A DNA stretch of 64,000 nt, taken from IMG/VR virus record IMGVR_UViG_3300042554_001750, one strand, 5' to 3'. Shown here piece by piece: positions 7,604 through 16,932 of the stretch. The DNA is from a virus (Duplodnaviria; Caudoviricetes). Position 1 is the first letter of the stretch. Every line of letters begins with the position of its first letter. The notes beneath the pieces are model-generated. The model ran no database searches. It had not been told where the DNA came from and saw only the letters and a list, made by a program, of their open reading frames with translations. Made by a program: the position numbers and the translations under genes.

Positions 7604-8005
7604 ATGAAGAAAATCATTCTAGCATCATTGGTATTGATAACACTTACCGGCTGTGCTACCAATCGTCAAAATGGTGAATTACTAGGGGCGATGACCGGTG
7701 CCGCAGTAGGAAAAACATTTGGCGGTACAGGGGGTGCAGTTATTGGAGCTGCTGTGGGAGCCGCGGCCGGAGGGCAAGTTGGTCAGTCTATTGACAATCA
7801 AACACCAATGGCTCCGCCCATTGTAACACATGTTGATCCTAAAGACATACCATATGTAGCACCTCCTTCAGTAGTATATGTTCAACCATATTGGCCAGCA
7901 CCATATGTAGGAATGCGTTGGATCTATGTTCCTAGATATGGATGGGGTTGGCATCATCATAGACATGGTTTTTACTATCGCCATCCACATCGCCACTGGC
8001 GTTAA
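7604..8005 (+). CDS. Glycine-zipper lipoprotein with Pro/Trp/His-rich tail
   Basis: Lipobox LTGC; GAxxGAxxG repeats. Confidence 0.7.
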   Translation: MKKIILASLVLITLTGCATNRQNGELLGAMTGAAVGKTFGGTGGAVIGAAVGAAAGGQVGQSIDNQTPMAPPIVTHVDPKDIPYVAPPSVVYVQPYWPAPYVGMRWIYVPRYGWGWHHHRHGFYYRHPHRHWR

Positions 8006-8022
8006 TTTTTTAAAGGAAAAAA

Positions 8023-8328
8023 GTGAACGATATTATTGTACCGGCACCTACCGCTGAATGGACTGATAAAGATTGGAATAAATTCCGTGATTGGTTGAAG
8101 GGTATGTTGAAAGTAGGTGAAATGACAATCACCTTCACAAAGAAAGATGGAACCGAGCGTGTTATGAATTGCACCTTGAATCCTGACCAGTTGCCTCCTG
8201 CACCAGTTACTGAAAATAAAAAAGAACGCAAGGTCAATGATGATGTTTTGGCAGTGTATGATATTGAGGCAAAAGGATGGCGTAGTTTTACACTTAAGAC
8301 CGTTATCCGTGTTCAACTAACCATTTGA
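8023..8328 (+). CDS. SH3-barrel / WYL-like phage protein (DUF2693-like)
   Basis: ITFTKKDGTERVMNCTL ... VYDIEAKGWRSF. Confidence 0.7.
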   Translation: MNDIIVPAPTAEWTDKDWNKFRDWLKGMLKVGEMTITFTKKDGTERVMNCTLNPDQLPPAPVTENKKERKVNDDVLAVYDIEAKGWRSFTLKTVIRVQLTI

Positions 8329-8353
8329 CAATAAATGCCATATCTGCTAGAAT
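8325..8353 (+). promoter_or_regulatory. Phage early promoter
   Basis: TTGACAATAAAT, 17-bp spacer, TAGAAT. Confidence 0.75.
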
Positions 8354-8379
8354 ATGGGTTATGTCGTTAGAGATTCATT

Positions 8380-8550
8380 ATGAACAAGCAACACCTTTCT
8401 TTTAAGATTCCACGAATCAAGCCTCGTTCACACAAGGCGCTTTTTGACAATGATCTTCCTTTCCAACCCAAGATTGAGAAGGCCAAAAAGTCTCAGTACA
8501 ATCGGCGTCCCAAGCATAGAAACACCCCAGATTGGGATTCCGAATATTGA
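8380..8550 (+). CDS. Small basic protein, ArfA-like (56 aa; not in ORF track)
   Basis: ALFDNDLPFQPKIEKAKKSQYNRRPKH resembles the ArfA core as recalled. Confidence 0.45.
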   Translation: MNKQHLSFKIPRIKPRSHKALFDNDLPFQPKIEKAKKSQYNRRPKHRNTPDWDSEY

Positions 8551-8575
8551 CAATAAATGGATATCCTGTTACACT
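8547..8575 (+). promoter_or_regulatory. Phage early promoter
   Basis: TTGACAATAAAT, 17-bp spacer, TACACT. Confidence 0.7.
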
Positions 8576-8581
8576 TAAAAC

Positions 8582-8992
8582 ATGGAAATCAAAGTAGAAG
8601 GTAGTCGCAGGAACCGTAAATTCGTAGAGGCATTATTGCCTTCTATGATTACTCAACTGAACCTGGACAACTGCCGTAAAGGTCTGCTCATTCGCATTTA
8701 TGATGAATGTGAGGACAATCAAGGGATAACACTAGACCTGACCAATCTTACTGGTTGCTATCTTGTTGTTATCAAGCCCGACCGTAACTTGAAAGAAATG
8801 GGACTTACCCTTGCCCATGAATTAGTACATGTAAAGCAAATGGCTAAAGGTACACTAAAGACCACAAAAAATGGAAACCATCTTTGGGCCGGCAAAAAGT
8901 ATAGTAAGAAAATGGCATACTTAAATATGCCTTGGGAAGTTGAAGCCTTCAGTCGCCAAGAACTCATCCTCCGTCGTGCATTTGAGGAATAA
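8582..8992 (+). CDS. HExxH metallopeptidase-like protein
   Basis: TLAHELVHVKQ ... MPWEVEAF. Confidence 0.6.
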   Translation: MEIKVEGSRRNRKFVEALLPSMITQLNLDNCRKGLLIRIYDECEDNQGITLDLTNLTGCYLVVIKPDRNLKEMGLTLAHELVHVKQMAKGTLKTTKNGNHLWAGKKYSKKMAYLNMPWEVEAFSRQELILRRAFEE

Positions 8993-8997
8993 AAAGG

Positions 8998-9026
8998 TTG
9001 ACAATAAATCAATTTGGGCATATAAT
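8998..9026 (+). promoter_or_regulatory. Phage early promoter with CATAGACAGTT leader
   Basis: TTGACA-17-TATAAT; leader motif at 9032-9042. Confidence 0.85.
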
Positions 9027-9059
9027 AGTCTCATAGACAGTTGATTAACGGAGCAACAA

Positions 9060-9344
9060 ATGGAACGATTGACGGAAATTCAGCAAATCAATTCTAGCAT
9101 CATGTTCGGTTCGTTTAGTAACGACCAACTGGACTCCATTATCATGGCAGTAAAGTTCGCTAGGAATCAGATTGCCAAACAAACCAAATATACCCTTGTC
9201 AAAGGTGCTAAGGTCAAGTTCACTTCTAGCCGTACAGGGCAGACCGTCGTCGGCGAAGTGACCGAGGTCAAGCGTAAGTTCGCACATGTCCGTAGCGGCA
9301 TGACCAACTGGCGTGTTCCCATGAATATGTTGTCGGCCGCATAA
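9060..9344 (+). CDS. Hypothetical early protein
   Basis: ACGGAG RBS; 94 aa. Confidence 0.7.
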   Translation: MERLTEIQQINSSIMFGSFSNDQLDSIIMAVKFARNQIAKQTKYTLVKGAKVKFTSSRTGQTVVGEVTEVKRKFAHVRSGMTNWRVPMNMLSAA

Positions 9345-9346
9345 GG

Positions 9347-9375
9347 TTGACAATAAATCGGTTTGGGTATATAAT
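9347..9375 (+). promoter_or_regulatory. Phage early promoter with CATAGACAGTT leader
   Basis: TTGACA-17-TATAAT; leader motif at 9381-9391. Confidence 0.85.
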
Positions 9376-9408
9376 ACATACATAGACAGTTAGATAACGG
9401 AGCAATAA

Positions 9409-9840
9409 ATGGCTTACATGAATCCGGAACGCAAAGCAAAGATCGCAACTGCTATCAAGCCGATCCTTAGTAAGTACGGTGTCAAGGGTTCCTTGAGTGT
9501 TAGGAATCATTCTAGTATCGTGTTGACCCTCAAGTCCGGTAAGATTGATTTCATTGAGAATTTTATCAAGACCGACACCGATAGTATTGTTGGTCGGAAA
9601 ATGGATCAAAGTCAGATTGATTACATCCGCAAGAATCAGAGTTTGGATGTAAATCCCTACTGGTTTCAGGAGCATTTCAGTGGTGATGCTAAGGCTTTCT
9701 TGGCCGAGGCTTTCAAGGCACTGAAGTCGGCTGACTGGTATGATGAGTCCGATCCAATGACGGATTATTTCAACATCGCCTACTATGTTGATGTTAATGT
9801 TGGTAAATGGGATCGTCCTTACGAGGTGACCAATGCTTGA
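9409..9840 (+). CDS. Hypothetical early protein
   Basis: ACGGAG RBS; 143 aa. Confidence 0.7.
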   Translation: MAYMNPERKAKIATAIKPILSKYGVKGSLSVRNHSSIVLTLKSGKIDFIENFIKTDTDSIVGRKMDQSQIDYIRKNQSLDVNPYWFQEHFSGDAKAFLAEAFKALKSADWYDESDPMTDYFNIAYYVDVNVGKWDRPYEVTNA

Positions 9841-9952
9841 CAAAATTAAAGAATGGCTGTATACTTATTTTTGGTGGCTAGAGCCTGCTGTATGGTTGGC
9901 TATAGTTTTGTGTAGTGTGTATTTTCTAGCATGGAATGCGAGGTTAATATGA
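9833..9952 (+). CDS. Small membrane peptide (39 aa; not in ORF track)
   Basis: MLDKIKEWLYTYFWWLEPAVWLAIVLCSVYFLAWNARLI, one hydrophobic helix, coupled overlaps on both sides. Confidence 0.35.
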   Translation: MLDKIKEWLYTYFWWLEPAVWLAIVLCSVYFLAWNARLI

Positions 9953-10107
9953 ATCAATATTGGGTACTTGTGAAGTTTAAAGATGAGCCTGGATCAGCTT
10001 TTCAACGGATGTATATTTTTGCTGGTGATCCTTATCAGGCAATTCAAATGGCCAAGGCACAGTACGGTCGTTTGCTGATTTCAGAATCAGCAACCCCGGT
10101 TTATTGA
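9949..10107 (+). CDS. Small hypothetical protein (52 aa; not in ORF track)
   Basis: GAGG RBS; MNQYWVLVKFKDEPG...AIQMAKAQYG. Confidence 0.55.
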   Translation: MNQYWVLVKFKDEPGSAFQRMYIFAGDPYQAIQMAKAQYGRLLISESATPVY

Positions 10108-10125
10108 ATTCGGGCAAATTAATGG

Positions 10126-10154
10126 TTGACATTTACTACGCCCGGTACTATAAT
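10126..10154 (+). promoter_or_regulatory. Early promoter with upstream ATTCGGGCAAA box
   Basis: TTGACA-17-TATAAT; box at 10108-10118. Confidence 0.8.
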
Positions 10155-10206
10155 AGTAAATGTCGCAATGACTTTTTTATCAACTCTAGACAACAAAGGA
10201 AACACA

Positions 10207-10605
10207 ATGTCTAATCAAACTTTCAAAGTCGCTGGTATTACTGTTCACAATGGCAACGCTAAGGTCCGTTTTACGGATGACATGGTCCGTCGCATTAAGC
10301 AATTTACGAAAGGTGGCGCAACCCGTGCTGACTTCGTAGAGTTGCCGAGTGAGATGACCAAGGTTGAAGCACTTACTTATATGCTTACTCTTCCCGAGTT
10401 CGCAAGTGCAGGAGATCAGGCAACCATCAATGATGCACTGGCTGACCGTGCTAAGGATGCAAGCAAGGGTACGGTCAAGGTCAAAGTGTCCAAGGCAAAG
10501 GCTAAGCCTAGCATTGACAGCATCAAGGCACGTGCCAAGAAGTCTGCTACTGTTGAGACTCCCGCCGAGACTCCTGTTGAAGCCCTTCCCGAAGCTCCTT
10601 TCTAA
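10207..10605 (+). CDS. Hypothetical protein with Lys/Ala-rich C-terminus
   Basis: AAAGGA RBS before ATG 10207. Confidence 0.7.
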   Translation: MSNQTFKVAGITVHNGNAKVRFTDDMVRRIKQFTKGGATRADFVELPSEMTKVEALTYMLTLPEFASAGDQATINDALADRAKDASKGTVKVKVSKAKAKPSIDSIKARAKKSATVETPAETPVEALPEAPF

Positions 10606-10640
10606 TAGGCAGGTGATAGGCAACTATCACCTTTATCCTT

Positions 10641-10874
10641 ATGCGATACTCTGTACTAAACAATTTTCATCAACGCCGCAGATTTGATCCTACGAATACT
10701 GAGGATCTTGCTGAACTGAAATTCTTTTTAGAACACAATCATTGGCGTAATGCTTGTCCGTTCTATGCTGAGTATCCTTGGGAAGATATTCCGGCAATGT
10801 GTTATTACAAATACACTGAACGCATGTTGTCACATTTAAAAGTGACTACACAAAAACAAAAAAGCCCCGAGTAA
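10641..10874 (+). CDS. Hypothetical protein
   Basis: 77-aa ORF ending at the terminator. Confidence 0.55.
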   Translation: MRYSVLNNFHQRRRFDPTNTEDLAELKFFLEHNHWRNACPFYAEYPWEDIPAMCYYKYTERMLSHLKVTTQKQKSPE

Positions 10875-10885
10875 GGGGCTTTTTT
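10858..10885. terminator. Bidirectional intrinsic terminator
   Basis: AAAAAAGCCCC-GAGTAA-GGGGCTTTTTT between convergent genes. Confidence 0.85.
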
Positions 10886-10902
10886 ATGGCTACCTAATTC
10901 AA

Positions 10903-13900
10903 TTAAGCGTTAGGTGCTTTTATAACCATAAATCTTATTGTTACTGCTTCATTGGCTGTACTAAATGTATCTATATTTTTTAAGTATAAATAAAATCCAT
11001 TACCCACAAGGCTTGTAGGCAATGGAGTAACTAAATAACACCCATTGTGATAACTTACTACTTGAGCATATACAATATCAGTTGCAGGATCTACTTGATT
11101 GTTATTGACCACAATAGCATCTACTTGATTTGGAACCATAACAGCACTTGTGGTGATGATAGTACCAGCTAAACTATTGATAGTTACACCTTGACTTCTG
11201 TTAGTAGTTTGAGTAACAGTAGAACCTGATGCATAACCAATTTTACCAGTTGAAGTTAATGTACCAGTTACATTAGCACCAGTACCAGTAACTGTCATAG
11301 TTGTGTTACCAACTGCGGAAATAGTTACATTACCGTTTGCTGTTGCGATAGAAACATTACTATTACCGTTAGCGATGATAGATGATGATGGAATAGCAGC
11401 GAATGCACCGTTGCCTAACAGGACCTGACTTGTGTTTCCATTCAAGTTGATAGTGGCGATATTACCAAATGCTGCCGAACCATTAGCAAATTTAATTGCC
11501 ACTGCATTACCCGGTAGTGTCAAGTTACCTGTGCTATCAAATGCCCAAGTGTTGATTGTACCAGTAGCATTGGTTTGAATAGTAGCGTTAGTAGCGTATG
11601 CTGATACGATACTAGTTGCAGCTCCTGCATTAGTCATTGACAACAATTGTGCTGGGTTGTTTGTACCATTATCAACTGCCGCAATACCGATAGAAGCATT
11701 TGCTACTGTTTTAATGAATCCACCTGATGAACCTGGAATAATCAAGTTACCAGTGCTATCAAATGTCCAAGTGTTTGAGTTGGCGTTGATAGTTACATTT
11801 GAGTTACCATTTGTGAATTGTAGTGCGCTTACGCTGCTAAATCCTCTGATGACTGGAGCAGGGCTTGCGCTTATTGCAACTAAGTCACCGGGTAATGTTA
11901 AGTTACCATCTACGCCAAAGGCCCATGTATTAGTATTGGCTGTGATATTAACACTAGTATTAGCAGTTTCACTTATTTGGCTACCTTGAGGCAATGTTAA
12001 TACACCGTCATTACCAAATGTCCAACTGTATTCAGTATTGCCGCCCGAGTTAGCCCAAATCTGAAGATTTGCTGTTGAACTAATTTCACCATCATCAGGA
12101 TAAATCTTAATTGCGTCACCAGTGAAACCAGTGAATATAGTATTAAGAGCCGAAATACCAAGATTAGCAGGACCTGCTAAACTAGCGTCAGTTGAAGTGA
12201 TTGTAGGATTTGCACCACCGATAATATTTAAGATAGGATCAGTAGTATTAGGACCAGTATCACGCGGGAATACTAGAGTACCAGCAGTGTCAAATGTCCA
12301 AGTGTTGTTATTACTGTGAATGTATAAGTTAGGAACATTACCGTTATAATAACCTACTTCAAAACTTGATGCTTCACCACCTAAGAAGATATTAGCATCT
12401 GGTTCGTCAATATTTGCACCTGGTGCTCGTAAGTGAATATGACTTGGACCAGTTGGGTCAAGTACTAGTGACTGTGAACTAAGGAGAGCATCAGGTGTAA
12501 AGACCATTGTGCTGACATTTGGATATAATGGCTCCGATGAACTGTTAGCGATACTTTGAATCACACTGTTGCCACCTGCTAATATTAAATTACCAGTTGT
12601 GTCAAGTGTCCAGGTATATGATGTGTTACCATCATACGAACTCATAATGATATTGCCAGTGCTGCTTACTTGAACAAACTTATCATCATTACCTACAATC
12701 AAATCATATGCTTCACTATTACCCGTATCAAAGTGAATATGACTTGCTACATCGCCCGCACGAACTTGCAAATATGCTAAGTTAGCAGTATAGTCTGGGC
12801 CGGCACTCAAGTTCAATTCATTGTCGCCCTGAACTGTTACGTCATCAAATGTCACATTGCCGAGTTGAGCAGCGCCAAGTGGTACTTGAGTACCGTTAGC
12901 ATAGTTAACTGCGAAAGTATTGTCTGGTAAGGTTAGGTTGCCAGTACCGTCAAATGTCCAAGTGCCACCGTTACCATTAGCACTGCTAGGTATGTTTATT
13001 TGCACTCGGCCCGCTAATGCGTTTGCACCAGCAAGACCGGTATTTAGAATGATTTCGCCACCACTATCACCATTGCCAGTACTATCACCGGCATTTATGG
13101 TTACATCACCGCCGCTAGCACCTAGGGCAATATTGCCACCGTTACCACCAGCATCGCCTGCACTAAATGTAAGAGAACCGCCACTTAACGCCTCGTAATT
13201 AGCAGAGGCTGCACCACCATCACCGGCTTCAATCCGAATAAATCCACCCGAACCACCAAAGTCAATATTAGATGCTCCGCCATTACCGGCTTCAATGATA
13301 ACATCACCTCCTGATGTGTCACTATCTTCAGCAGAATCACCGGCAAAGATATTAATGTCACCACCTTCTGAGGTAGATCCTGTAGCACGATCACGGGCTT
13401 GTAGTGTGATATCGTCGGCTGAATATAGATTAATATCTGCACTATTACCAGAAGCACGGTTGTCAATTTCTATTGTGCTTGATCCAATAATGTTCCCACT
13501 TAAATTAACATTACCTGCACCTATATTGCCTGTATATGTTGGAAGATATGCTGCAACATTACTATTTCCATAGTCTCCGTTTCCGCCGCCACCTGTTGCA
13601 TTAATAGTGACAACACCGGTACCACTAGCACCAGTAGAAGTAATAGTTACACCAGTGCCTGCAAGAATTTGACTGACTCCGGAATCTATAGAGGTATACT
13701 GATTGATGACTTGATTGATAGGATTTACAGTAATACGACCAGCAGTTGTATAAACAGTTGTAATATCTCCGGTATCATTATTAACTGATGAGTTAATTGT
13801 GACTGAGTTGCTACTTGTTGTTGTAGTGGACTGTGGGAAAATAACATCTTCACCTGATACTACAGGTGCTACGGCTCGGATTCCACTTGAAGTTACAGTG

Positions 13901-14031
13901 GGAGTTGTAGTTCCGCCCACTACCGTTGGATTAGAAGCGGGTTTAACAAGTGCCGTATCTGTTTGACGCTGAATTTGTCTTAAAATAGATGGGTCACTTC
14001 CGTTGACATTAGGTGCTGTATTTGCTGCCAT
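10903..14031 (-). CDS. Tail fibre / virion adhesin-like repeat protein (1042 aa)
   Basis: Gly/Asn/Thr-rich; about seven W(T/A)F/LxxxG(N/T/V)Lx(L/I)P repeats; Gly-rich AGD/GG tract. Confidence 0.65.
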   Translation of the reverse strand: MAANTAPNVNGSDPSILRQIQRQTDTALVKPASNPTVVGGTTTPTVTSSGIRAVAPVVSGEDVIFPQSTTTTSSNSVTINSSVNNDTGDITTVYTTAGRITVNPINQVINQYTSIDSGVSQILAGTGVTITSTGASGTGVVTINATGGGGNGDYGNSNVAAYLPTYTGNIGAGNVNLSGNIIGSSTIEIDNRASGNSADINLYSADDITLQARDRATGSTSEGGDINIFAGDSAEDSDTSGGDVIIEAGNGGASNIDFGGSGGFIRIEAGDGGAASANYEALSGGSLTFSAGDAGGNGGNIALGASGGDVTINAGDSTGNGDSGGEIILNTGLAGANALAGRVQINIPSSANGNGGTWTFDGTGNLTLPDNTFAVNYANGTQVPLGAAQLGNVTFDDVTVQGDNELNLSAGPDYTANLAYLQVRAGDVASHIHFDTGNSEAYDLIVGNDDKFVQVSSTGNIIMSSYDGNTSYTWTLDTTGNLILAGGNSVIQSIANSSSEPLYPNVSTMVFTPDALLSSQSLVLDPTGPSHIHLRAPGANIDEPDANIFLGGEASSFEVGYYNGNVPNLYIHSNNNTWTFDTAGTLVFPRDTGPNTTDPILNIIGGANPTITSTDASLAGPANLGISALNTIFTGFTGDAIKIYPDDGEISSTANLQIWANSGGNTEYSWTFGNDGVLTLPQGSQISETANTSVNITANTNTWAFGVDGNLTLPGDLVAISASPAPVIRGFSSVSALQFTNGNSNVTINANSNTWTFDSTGNLIIPGSSGGFIKTVANASIGIAAVDNGTNNPAQLLSMTNAGAATSIVSAYATNATIQTNATGTINTWAFDSTGNLTLPGNAVAIKFANGSAAFGNIATINLNGNTSQVLLGNGAFAAIPSSSIIANGNSNVSIATANGNVTISAVGNTTMTVTGTGANVTGTLTSTGKIGYASGSTVTQTTNRSQGVTINSLAGTIITTSAVMVPNQVDAIVVNNNQVDPATDIVYAQVVSYHNGCYLVTPLPTSLVGNGFYLYLKNIDTFSTANEAVTIRFMVIKAPNA

Positions 14032-14078
14032 GAGCTAGTTTCCTTATTATAATTATAATGTATTTATCGTGGAAATGG

Positions 14079-14099
14079 AAAAAGCCCTAAGGGCTTTTT
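14079..14099. terminator. Intrinsic terminator
   Basis: AAAAAGCCC-TAA-GGGCTTTTT. Confidence 0.75.
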
Positions 14100-14123
14100 C
14101 CATTTTGAGCAATCTAAATCAGA

Positions 14124-15521
14124 TTACCAACTTGTTGTACCTGTGAACTTAGCCCAAGTATTTGTTGACACACATACATACAAGTTACCGCCCGTATCAT
14201 ATGCAGCCTGTCCTGCTGTTCCTGCACTTGTGTTTGCTACAGGAGCAGTAGTCCAAACTACAGTGTTTGCGTTGATAACTGGAAGAGCAACGAATGTACC
14301 ATTGCCGGTTAGGACATTTGAAACGTTGCCGTCTAAGTTAGTAGCAACAATGTTTCCAAATGCGGCTGAACCATTAGCAAAGTTAATTGCTACAGTATTT
14401 CCGGGCAATTGTAAGTTACCATCATTGCCGAATGTCCATGTTGTAGTTCCGTTTGCAGTAATTGTGACATTACCGTTAGCGGTAGCAATATTAAGATTGC
14501 TATTACCATTTGATAGTGGTAAACCACCTCCACCGGCTTGTGCTACCCAAGCACCATTGCCTCCTAGTACTTGATTACCATTACCGTTTAGGTTGATACC
14601 AGCAATATTACCTAAACCAGTGACATTACCTGCAGGTAAACCATGTGCAAACGCTAAATCACCTACAAAATAAGTCGCATCTACTCTTGATACTGTTAAT
14701 ATTCCGTCTGCTGGATTATATTGAAAATCATCATCAATATCATTGTGTAATGTATAGTCATTAGGACCGGTTGTTAAAACCACATGATAACTAAAATTAT
14801 TACTTACAGCTTCTACATAAACACTATTTGCAAATTCTGCATTTTGAACTGTGCCACTTACATTTGCCCCATTAATGTTAGATAAATTTCCACCGTCCCC
14901 GGTTAAACTAACTGATGGGCTAGCAGCAAACACGCCGTTACCATATAGTATATTGCTTGTATTGCCGTCTAAATTTAACTCAGCTATGTTTCCGATATTA
15001 TTTGCAGAAATATTACCAGTAACGCTGATGTTTCCTGCTGTTAAATTTCCTGTATATGTTGGTAAATAACTAGCAACATTACTGTTACCATAAGACGTAC
15101 CATCTGCTACCCAACTTAAATTACCTGTACCGTCGGTTCTTAAAATTTGTCCTACTGATCCGCCTAGTATTCTAACATTTGCAACACTACCTAAATTTAC
15201 AGTGCCGCCTACAGTTAAGCTTGTTAAAGTACCAACACTTGTAATGTTTGGTTGTGCTGCATTGGTTACAGATTGAGAATAGATTGATGAATTTGCGCTA
15301 GGGAAACCGTTGCCTGCGTTGTTCAAAATTAAGTTACCAACAATCTGCAAGTTTGCTTTTTGCGTTGTTGGAGTCCCTGCCATGTTAACTACTGGCACTA
15401 GTGTATTTTGATTTAAACTATTGCCGATGTTTGTTAACTCAGTAATTTTTATTTGCGTTGTCATTTTTATTATCCTATTTATTATGCAAATGCTACACCG
15501 TTCTGTCCTATGCAATACCAT
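14124..15521 (-). CDS. Tail fibre-like structural protein
   Basis: AQPNITSVGTLTSL, GQILRTDGTGNLSW, GNIxxxNLxGN repeats; true start probably MTTQIKITEL. Confidence 0.65.
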   Translation of the reverse strand: MVLHRTERCSICIINRIIKMTTQIKITELTNIGNSLNQNTLVPVVNMAGTPTTQKANLQIVGNLILNNAGNGFPSANSSIYSQSVTNAAQPNITSVGTLTSLTVGGTVNLGSVANVRILGGSVGQILRTDGTGNLSWVADGTSYGNSNVASYLPTYTGNLTAGNISVTGNISANNIGNIAELNLDGNTSNILYGNGVFAASPSVSLTGDGGNLSNINGANVSGTVQNAEFANSVYVEAVSNNFSYHVVLTTGPNDYTLHNDIDDDFQYNPADGILTVSRVDATYFVGDLAFAHGLPAGNVTGLGNIAGINLNGNGNQVLGGNGAWVAQAGGGGLPLSNGNSNLNIATANGNVTITANGTTTWTFGNDGNLQLPGNTVAINFANGSAAFGNIVATNLDGNVSNVLTGNGTFVALPVINANTVVWTTAPVANTSAGTAGQAAYDTGGNLYVCVSTNTWAKFTGTTSW

Positions 15522-16582
15522 TTACTGTTTATATATTGCAAGGTGCATCCATCACCTATATCACCGAATGTGATTGTACCTGTTCCTGATGTTTTCCATC
15601 CAGCGTTTGTGACTGTGATTACCATGTCACCGCCGTCAGCTACCATCATAAATGTTTTGATTAATCCTGCGGTGCCAGCAGCTAATGTTGCTGTGCTAGC
15701 ACCAGTTGTTGTAAAATAACTAGCCGTTACTAATAAATTAGCAGCACTACCACTAGTTAAATTTTCACTACCACTTAAAGTAAGTTGACCAGTAACTGGA
15801 ACATTTGCTTTTAATTCTATACCGATCGTTCCTGATGTTACCACTGGGCTACTGGTTACATTCAATGTTGAACTAGAAACCCCTACACTGGTAACTGTGC
15901 CACCTGCTAGTGTAGTAGAAACTGTAACTTCTCCATTACTTCCACTTAGTAAAATACCAGTACCTGCACTTAACCGGGTTACACCGGTATTAGTAACTGT
16001 CATTGTTCCGCTGCTGGTTATTGGACTTCCTGTAACTTGTATTCCTGTGCCAGGAGTAATACCTACACTTGTAACTGTACCGACACTAGCACCATTGCTT
16101 GCCGCTGTTATTCTACCATACGAATCAACAGTAAAAGTAGGATATGTATATTGTCCTGCAACTACACCCGTGGTCGTCAAGTCTAATGTTATACTACCTG
16201 CTCCGACAATGGGGTTACCTGCGGCTGTAATTCTTGCATTGCCTGCAGCACCAAAAACACTAATGCTAGTAACTGTTCCGCCACCGTTACCACCGCCACC
16301 AGTACTACTAATCGTAACTTGGCCATTGCTTCCACTTAAAACAACACCAGATCCTGCAACTAAAGAAGTTACTCCTGTGTTGGTTATCGTTACAATACCG
16401 GTAGTAGAATTTGCAGATGCAGAAATTCCTGCACCACTGTTAAAAGTGTTATATGGACTGGCACAAGCAAATAAATTGTTAAAATTTTGCTTTGTTTTGT
16501 TGAAGGCATCGTATAAACTGTCGCTGCCTACGGATTCATTGGGTAATCCTACATTAATTACTTGTTGTCCGGAAATCGCCAT
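15482..16582 (-). CDS. Virion fibre-like protein with GTVTSV repeats
   Basis: Repeated GTVTS(I/V) and TGVTxLxAGxG..SGSNGxVT modules; GATAAATA box upstream. Confidence 0.65.
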   Translation of the reverse strand: MAISGQQVINVGLPNESVGSDSLYDAFNKTKQNFNNLFACASPYNTFNSGAGISASANSTTGIVTITNTGVTSLVAGSGVVLSGSNGQVTISSTGGGGNGGGTVTSISVFGAAGNARITAAGNPIVGAGSITLDLTTTGVVAGQYTYPTFTVDSYGRITAASNGASVGTVTSVGITPGTGIQVTGSPITSSGTMTVTNTGVTRLSAGTGILLSGSNGEVTVSTTLAGGTVTSVGVSSSTLNVTSSPVVTSGTIGIELKANVPVTGQLTLSGSENLTSGSAANLLVTASYFTTTGASTATLAAGTAGLIKTFMMVADGGDMVITVTNAGWKTSGTGTITFGDIGDGCTLQYINSKWYCIGQNGVAFA

Positions 16583-16608
16583 AGAAAAAGTTCCTCATAG
16601 TGTATTTA

Positions 16609-16932
16609 TCACACACTAAAGGAACTTCCACATCCGCAAGTAGTAGTAGAATTAGGATTGTTAATTACAAAACTTGAACCTAACAGTTCTTCTTTATAAT
16701 GAACTTCGGCTCCCTCTAGATATTGCATGCTCATACTGTCAACCAGGACACTTGTGGATCCTGCAGGAATTACAAAATCATCGTCATTTTGCTCGGTATC
16801 AAGTGTAAATCCATAGCTAAATCCTGCGCATCCGCCTCCCTGTATAAACATTCTTAATTTGATGTTTGGATCGTTATTTTCTGCAATAATATCACTAATC
16901 TTTAGTGATGCCTCTTTTGTTAATGTAATCAT
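16609..16932 (-). CDS. erpA: Fe-S cluster insertion protein, HesB/IscA/ErpA family
   Basis: GGGCAGFSYGF and C-terminal TCGCGSSF. Confidence 0.9.
   Translation of the reverse strand: MITLTKEASLKISDIIAENNDPNIKLRMFIQGGGCAGFSYGFTLDTEQNDDDFVIPAGSTSVLVDSMSMQYLEGAEVHYKEELLGSSFVINNPNSTTTCGCGSSFSV

Noticed and set aside
11657-16619. Plus-strand ORFs antisense to the fibre genes (e.g. 15897-16619, 240 aa)
   Set aside because: Shadow frames produced by Gly/Thr/Asn-biased codons on the coding strand
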